This document shows, in pieces, positions 60,058 to 64,000 of a stretch of DNA of 64,000 bases. This DNA is from Candidatus Eiseniibacteriota bacterium. Lineage in GTDB: Bacteria > Eisenbacteria > RBG-16-71-46. The stretch spans positions 41,169-105,168 of the forward strand of contig JBGAML010000011.1 of the NCBI GenBank assembly GCA_044223005.1, given 5' to 3'. Both the position numbers and the translations under genes were made by a program. Below the pieces are notes generated by a model. That model was not told the origin of the DNA. It searched no databases and saw only the letters and a program-made list of their open reading frames with translations. Position 1 is the first letter of the stretch; the number at the start of each line of letters is the position of its first letter.

Positions 60058-60651
60058 ATGACGGACGCACGTCCCGAAGCACTCGACGACGAGGCGCTGT
60101 TCGATCTCGCCGTGTCGCAGCCCGGCACGGCACGCGGGCGCGCGGCCGCGTCGTGCCTGCTCGGACGTCACCAGCAACGTGTCTACCTGTGGTGCCGGCG
60201 GTACGTGAGGGACCACGACCAGGCGCTCGACCTGGCGCAGGAGGTGCTCTTGAGCGCGTATCGCGCGATGGCGGGCTTCGAAGGCCGGTCGCGCTTCTCG
60301 TCGTGGCTGTTCGCCATCGCGCGCAACAAGTGCCTCAACGCCGTGCGCGCGAAGCGACTGTTCGTGGACGACGACGCCGATCCGGACACGATCGACTCCG
60401 ACGCGCCCCTGCCCGAGGCCACGCTCGAACTGGAACAGGACCACGAGCGGCTGCGCGGCGTGCTCGCGCGCCATCTCGACCCGCCCGAGCGCGAGGCGCT
60501 CTGGCTCTCGGTCGCGGAGCGGCTGTCCGTGGACGAGATCACCCGCGTCATGGGACTCGGCAACGCGACCGGCGCCCGCGGCCTGCTGCAGAAGGCCCGT
60601 CGCCGCCTGCGCGCCGCGCTCGAGCGCGGCCACCTGGAGGAGCCGTCGTGA
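60058..60651 (+). CDS. ECF sigma factor
   Basis: ALDLAQEV, FEGRSRFSSWLFAIARN, LSVDEI..MG, KARRRLR (alternative GTG start at 60025). Confidence 0.92.
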   Translation: MTDARPEALDDEALFDLAVSQPGTARGRAAASCLLGRHQQRVYLWCRRYVRDHDQALDLAQEVLLSAYRAMAGFEGRSRFSSWLFAIARNKCLNAVRAKRLFVDDDADPDTIDSDAPLPEATLELEQDHERLRGVLARHLDPPEREALWLSVAERLSVDEITRVMGLGNATGARGLLQKARRRLRAALERGHLEEPS

Positions 60652-61346
60652 GCACGGATCGCTGCTTCCCGCCCGAGGACGCCGCCCGCGTCGCCGCGCT
60701 GGCCGCGGATTCGCCCGAGCGCCGGCACGCCGCCGACTGCCCGCGCTGCGCTGCGCTGCTTTCCGCCTTCGCCGCCTACGAGGCCGCGGATCCGGCCGGC
60801 GTGCCGGCGCGCGATCTCGCGGACGCGAACGCGCGCCTTTCGGCGGCGCTCGCGCAGGAGATCGGCGACCTCGAGGAGGAGCCGGCCCCCGCGCCGCGCG
60901 CGATCCGCGCGGCGCCGCGTGAGCTCCCGTGGTTCCTGCGGCCCGCGCTGCGGCCGGCGTTCGCGCTGGCGGCGCTGCTGCTCGCGGTGGGCACGTTCGC
61001 GTGGCTGCGGCCCGGCCATGACGGCGGCGCGCCCGAACTGCGCGGCGGCGGCAGGGCCGCACCCGAGATCGCGCAGGCCGACTTCGCGGCGGATTCGCTC
61101 CGGCTCGCGTGGCACGGCATGCCGGGCGCCGACGCCTACGAGGTGCGCTTCTATTCGAGCGAGCTCGCCGAGTTGGGAAATGCCGGTCCGACGGCCGATT
61201 CGAGCCTCGCGCTCGGCGCGAGCGTGCTCGGCTTCAGTGTCCCGCCGGGCGAGACCGTGCTCGTGCGCGTGATCGCGCTCGGCCAGGGCGCGCCGCTCGG
61301 CACGTCGCCGACGCGGGCGATCGTTCGGGGCGCTGCGGCGCACTGA
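60648..61346 (+). CDS. Zinc-binding (ZAS) transmembrane anti-sigma factor
   Basis: HAADCPRC (HxxxCxxC), TM helix, PELRGG, FN3-like LAW..MPGADAYEVRFY; GTGA overlap with the sigma gene. Confidence 0.8.
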   Translation: MSTDRCFPPEDAARVAALAADSPERRHAADCPRCAALLSAFAAYEAADPAGVPARDLADANARLSAALAQEIGDLEEEPAPAPRAIRAAPRELPWFLRPALRPAFALAALLLAVGTFAWLRPGHDGGAPELRGGGRAAPEIAQADFAADSLRLAWHGMPGADAYEVRFYSSELAELGNAGPTADSSLALGASVLGFSVPPGETVLVRVIALGQGAPLGTSPTRAIVRGAAAH

Positions 61347-61466
61347 CGCGCCCCGCCGGCACCTCCGGCCGGCGCAATCTTCATCGCGGTGTGATTTCCC
61401 GCGGGGCTTCGCGGTCCCACTCGCCGGACCCGTCCCGGCCGACCGCTCTTCACCGGAGGAAGCCCC

Positions 61467-64000
61467 ATGTCCCCACGTGCCCGCCTGCTGCTGCTCGTTC
61501 TCGGAGCCGTCCTCGCGCTCCCGCTGGCCCGGCCCGCGTTCGCCAACTGGGCGAGCGACGGGACGCCCGTCGCGAACAACTCCGGCACCCAGTCCATCGG
61601 GTACCTGTACGACACGCCCGGCAGCGCGGTGGCGCCGGACGGCCGCGGCGGCGTGTTCGTCGCGTACACGACCAACAGCGGTGACTCGATCCGGATCAAC
61701 CACATCGACGGCATCACCGGGAACCGGCTCTGGGGGACCAACGGCCTCAAGGTGAACGAGGGCGGCAACGGCGCCTCCGTGCCGCAGGTGCTTCCCGACA
61801 GCCTGGGTGGCGTCTGGATCGCGTGGCTCGACACCGGCGGTGGCACCACCACCGTGCGCGCGCAGCACTACGACCGCAACGGCGTCGAGATGGGCACCGC
61901 CGGCGGGTTCGCCGCGATGGGCGAGATCGGGACCGCGGTGCCGGGAGGGCCCGTGATCGCGCGTGGCGTGGGCAGCACGCACCTGCTCCTCGCGGCGCGT
62001 TACACCGCTACGGCGGGCGTCCGGGTCGTCGACATCCGGATCCAGGGAAACGGCTTCCTGCCCTTCATCGGCATGCAGGCGCAGGTGAGTACCGACCTCG
62101 TGCCCGCGAGCGCTTCACCGCTGCAGCTCTTCTCCGACGGTGGGGGTGGCGGCTGGATCGTGTGGCCCGCACTCAACTCGCCGCTCGCGGGAATCGGCAC
62201 CTTCGGCCGCATCTCGGCGAACCGGTTCGCGTCCAACGGTGCCGTGCAGTGGGGCGCGAACGGCGTGGTCGTCCAGTCATCCGCCAGCGTGGCCCTCGAC
62301 GACATGGATGCGCTCTCGACCGGGACGGACCTCTACGTCGTCTGGCGCCACACGACGACGACCAGCGACGGCATCCATGCCCAGCGCCTGGATGGCTCGG
62401 GCGTGCTGCAATGGGGCGCGAATACCACCGGCGCGACGGTCGCGGCGTTCCCCGCGACGGCGTGGAGCAACTACCCGGGCGTACTCGCGCAACCGCGGCT
62501 CGCGAGCGACGCGGTGACCGGACTGTGGGTCGCGTGGATCGACGCCCGCGACTACAACCGGCCGGCGCCGAACGGCATCCACCATTTCCAGGACGCGTAC
62601 GTGCAGCGGTTGAGTGGGACGGGAGCGCGCCAGCTCGCGACGGCCGGGGCCCCGATCGACACGATGCCGGGCTCGCTCGAGCAGGTGCGGGTCGAAGCGA
62701 CCGATTCGGGCGCACTGCTGGTGGCCTACCGCTCCTGGCTCTTCGACAACGGGGACATCTATCTGGCGCGCGTCGCGTTCGCGGGCACGATCGTGTGGAG
62801 CGACTGGCTCAACAAGTCCGGCAGTCTCCTGCTCAACGACAACATCCAGACGTCGCCCGTGCTCGCCGCCGACGGCTTCGGTGGCGTCTTCGTGGGCTGG
62901 GACGACAACCGGATTGCGGGAAACCCGGACGTCTACGTCTCGCACCGGACGAGCTCCGGCGGTCTCGGCGGCCCCACGCTCACCGTGACGGCGCCGAACG
63001 GAGGCGAGACGCTGGTTCCCTTCTCGACGTCGAACCTCACGTGGACCAGCACTCAGCTGGGAGACGTCTCCAGCCTCTCCAACATCCGGCTCGAATACGC
63101 GGTCGTGGGCCAGCCGCGCGTCACGATCACCTCCTCCACGGCGAACGACGGCACGTTCGCGTGGGCGGTGCCCGACCTGCGCTCGAACGCGGTGAAGGTG
63201 TACGCCTCCGACGTGACGACCGGGACGATCGCCGACAGCAGCAACGCCGTGTTCTCGGTGTGCAGCTCGCTCGCGCTCACCGACAGCACGACCCTGATGC
63301 TCGGCGCGAACGACGTCCGGCTCGCCGATCTCGACTTCGACGGCGCGCTGGATCTCGTGATTCCGAACGCGATCGGGATCTCGATCTGTCGCGGCACGGG
63401 CACGGGCTCGTTCCGGCCTGCCGAGTCGGTCCTGATCGGCAGCGGCGGCCGCAACGTCGCGGTCGAAGACTTCGACGGGGACGGGCTCCTCGATCTCGCC
63501 GTCACGATCAGCAACTTCGTGAGCGTCCTGCGGGGCCACGGAACGAACGGCCACTGGGACAGCACCTTCACCGCTGCGGTCAACTACCCCGCGGGCCCCG
63601 GCGCACGCGACCTCGTCGCGGCCGACTTCGACGAGGATGGGATCCTCGATCTCGCCGTGCTGGACGGGCTCGCGAACACGGTGTCGATCCTGCGCGGCAA
63701 CGGCGACAATGGCACCGGCGACGCCACGTTCGCCGCACCCGTCGCCTACGCGGTGGGCGTGAGCCCTTCGCGGCTCGTGGCCGGGGACTTCAATGAGGAC
63801 GGCATCCTCGATCTCGCCAACACGAACGGGAATGCGACGACGCCGAGCGTCACCGTGCTGCTCGGCAACGGCAGTGGCGGGAAGGGTGACGGCACGTTCG
63901 CCCCGGCCGTCGCCTACCCGGTCGGCTCGACGCCGATCGGGATCACGTCCGCCGACTTCGATGGAAACGGCATCGCCGATCTGGCGGTGTCGTGCAACTC
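61467..64000 (+). CDS. Large secreted protein with beta-propeller-like repeats, PNGGE Ig-like domain and FG-GAP/VCBS repeats; 3'-truncated
   Basis: Absent from the ORF track because it has no stop in the window. RBS GGAGGA; MSPRARLLLLVLGAVLALPLARPAFA signal; DG.GG..(I/V)AW repeats; VTAPNGGETL; DLDFDGALDL, DFDGDGLLDL, DFDEDGILDL, DFNEDGILDL, DFDGNGIADL. Confidence 0.88.
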   Translation, partial: MSPRARLLLLVLGAVLALPLARPAFANWASDGTPVANNSGTQSIGYLYDTPGSAVAPDGRGGVFVAYTTNSGDSIRINHIDGITGNRLWGTNGLKVNEGGNGASVPQVLPDSLGGVWIAWLDTGGGTTTVRAQHYDRNGVEMGTAGGFAAMGEIGTAVPGGPVIARGVGSTHLLLAARYTATAGVRVVDIRIQGNGFLPFIGMQAQVSTDLVPASASPLQLFSDGGGGGWIVWPALNSPLAGIGTFGRISANRFASNGAVQWGANGVVVQSSASVALDDMDALSTGTDLYVVWRHTTTTSDGIHAQRLDGSGVLQWGANTTGATVAAFPATAWSNYPGVLAQPRLASDAVTGLWVAWIDARDYNRPAPNGIHHFQDAYVQRLSGTGARQLATAGAPIDTMPGSLEQVRVEATDSGALLVAYRSWLFDNGDIYLARVAFAGTIVWSDWLNKSGSLLLNDNIQTSPVLAADGFGGVFVGWDDNRIAGNPDVYVSHRTSSGGLGGPTLTVTAPNGGETLVPFSTSNLTWTSTQLGDVSSLSNIRLEYAVVGQPRVTITSSTANDGTFAWAVPDLRSNAVKVYASDVTTGTIADSSNAVFSVCSSLALTDSTTLMLGANDVRLADLDFDGALDLVIPNAIGISICRGTGTGSFRPAESVLIGSGGRNVAVEDFDGDGLLDLAVTISNFVSVLRGHGTNGHWDSTFTAAVNYPAGPGARDLVAADFDEDGILDLAVLDGLANTVSILRGNGDNGTGDATFAAPVAYAVGVSPSRLVAGDFNEDGILDLANTNGNATTPSVTVLLGNGSGGKGDGTFAPAVAYPVGSTPIGITSADFDGNGIADLAVSCN

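Overview
Very GC-rich bacterial chromosomal window. An FCB-related candidate phylum such as Eisenbacteria is a tentative inference from a TWGxxKxxYR C-terminal motif. From left to right it contains: (1) a glycosyltransferase trio; (2) a nearly complete dcw cluster (mraZ to ftsZ) with an unexpected STAS gene between mraZ and rsmH, no murB/ddl, and a trailing TPR gene; (3) rpmB, a methyltransferase, recG, a TIMP-like secreted protein and a PatA/PimA-like glycolipid operon; (4) the most striking region, about 30.5-46.2 kb, holding the regulatory skeleton of a flagellar-type sigma cascade with no flagellar structural genes in view. That region has a sigma70-driven PAS kinase and NtrC-type activator, a sigma54 promoter driving a REC/sigma4-fragment/small protein/FlhG/FliA/DHp/degenerate GGDEF/hybrid kinase run, and three matching sigma28-type promoters (T[C/G]AAG-N15-GCCGATA) upstream of an extended mglA, csrA plus a flgM-like gene, and an unannotated 18-aa peptide; a PDZ-membrane-PP2C gene is divergent from csrA. 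(5) Further right: polysaccharide-related genes, a low-GC insertion with an IS3 remnant, two tandem M13 peptidases (one masked by a poly-G run), and a CHAT protease/ECF sigma/anti-sigma/FG-GAP protein locus running off the right end. All calls come from reading motifs by eye; no database searches were run.
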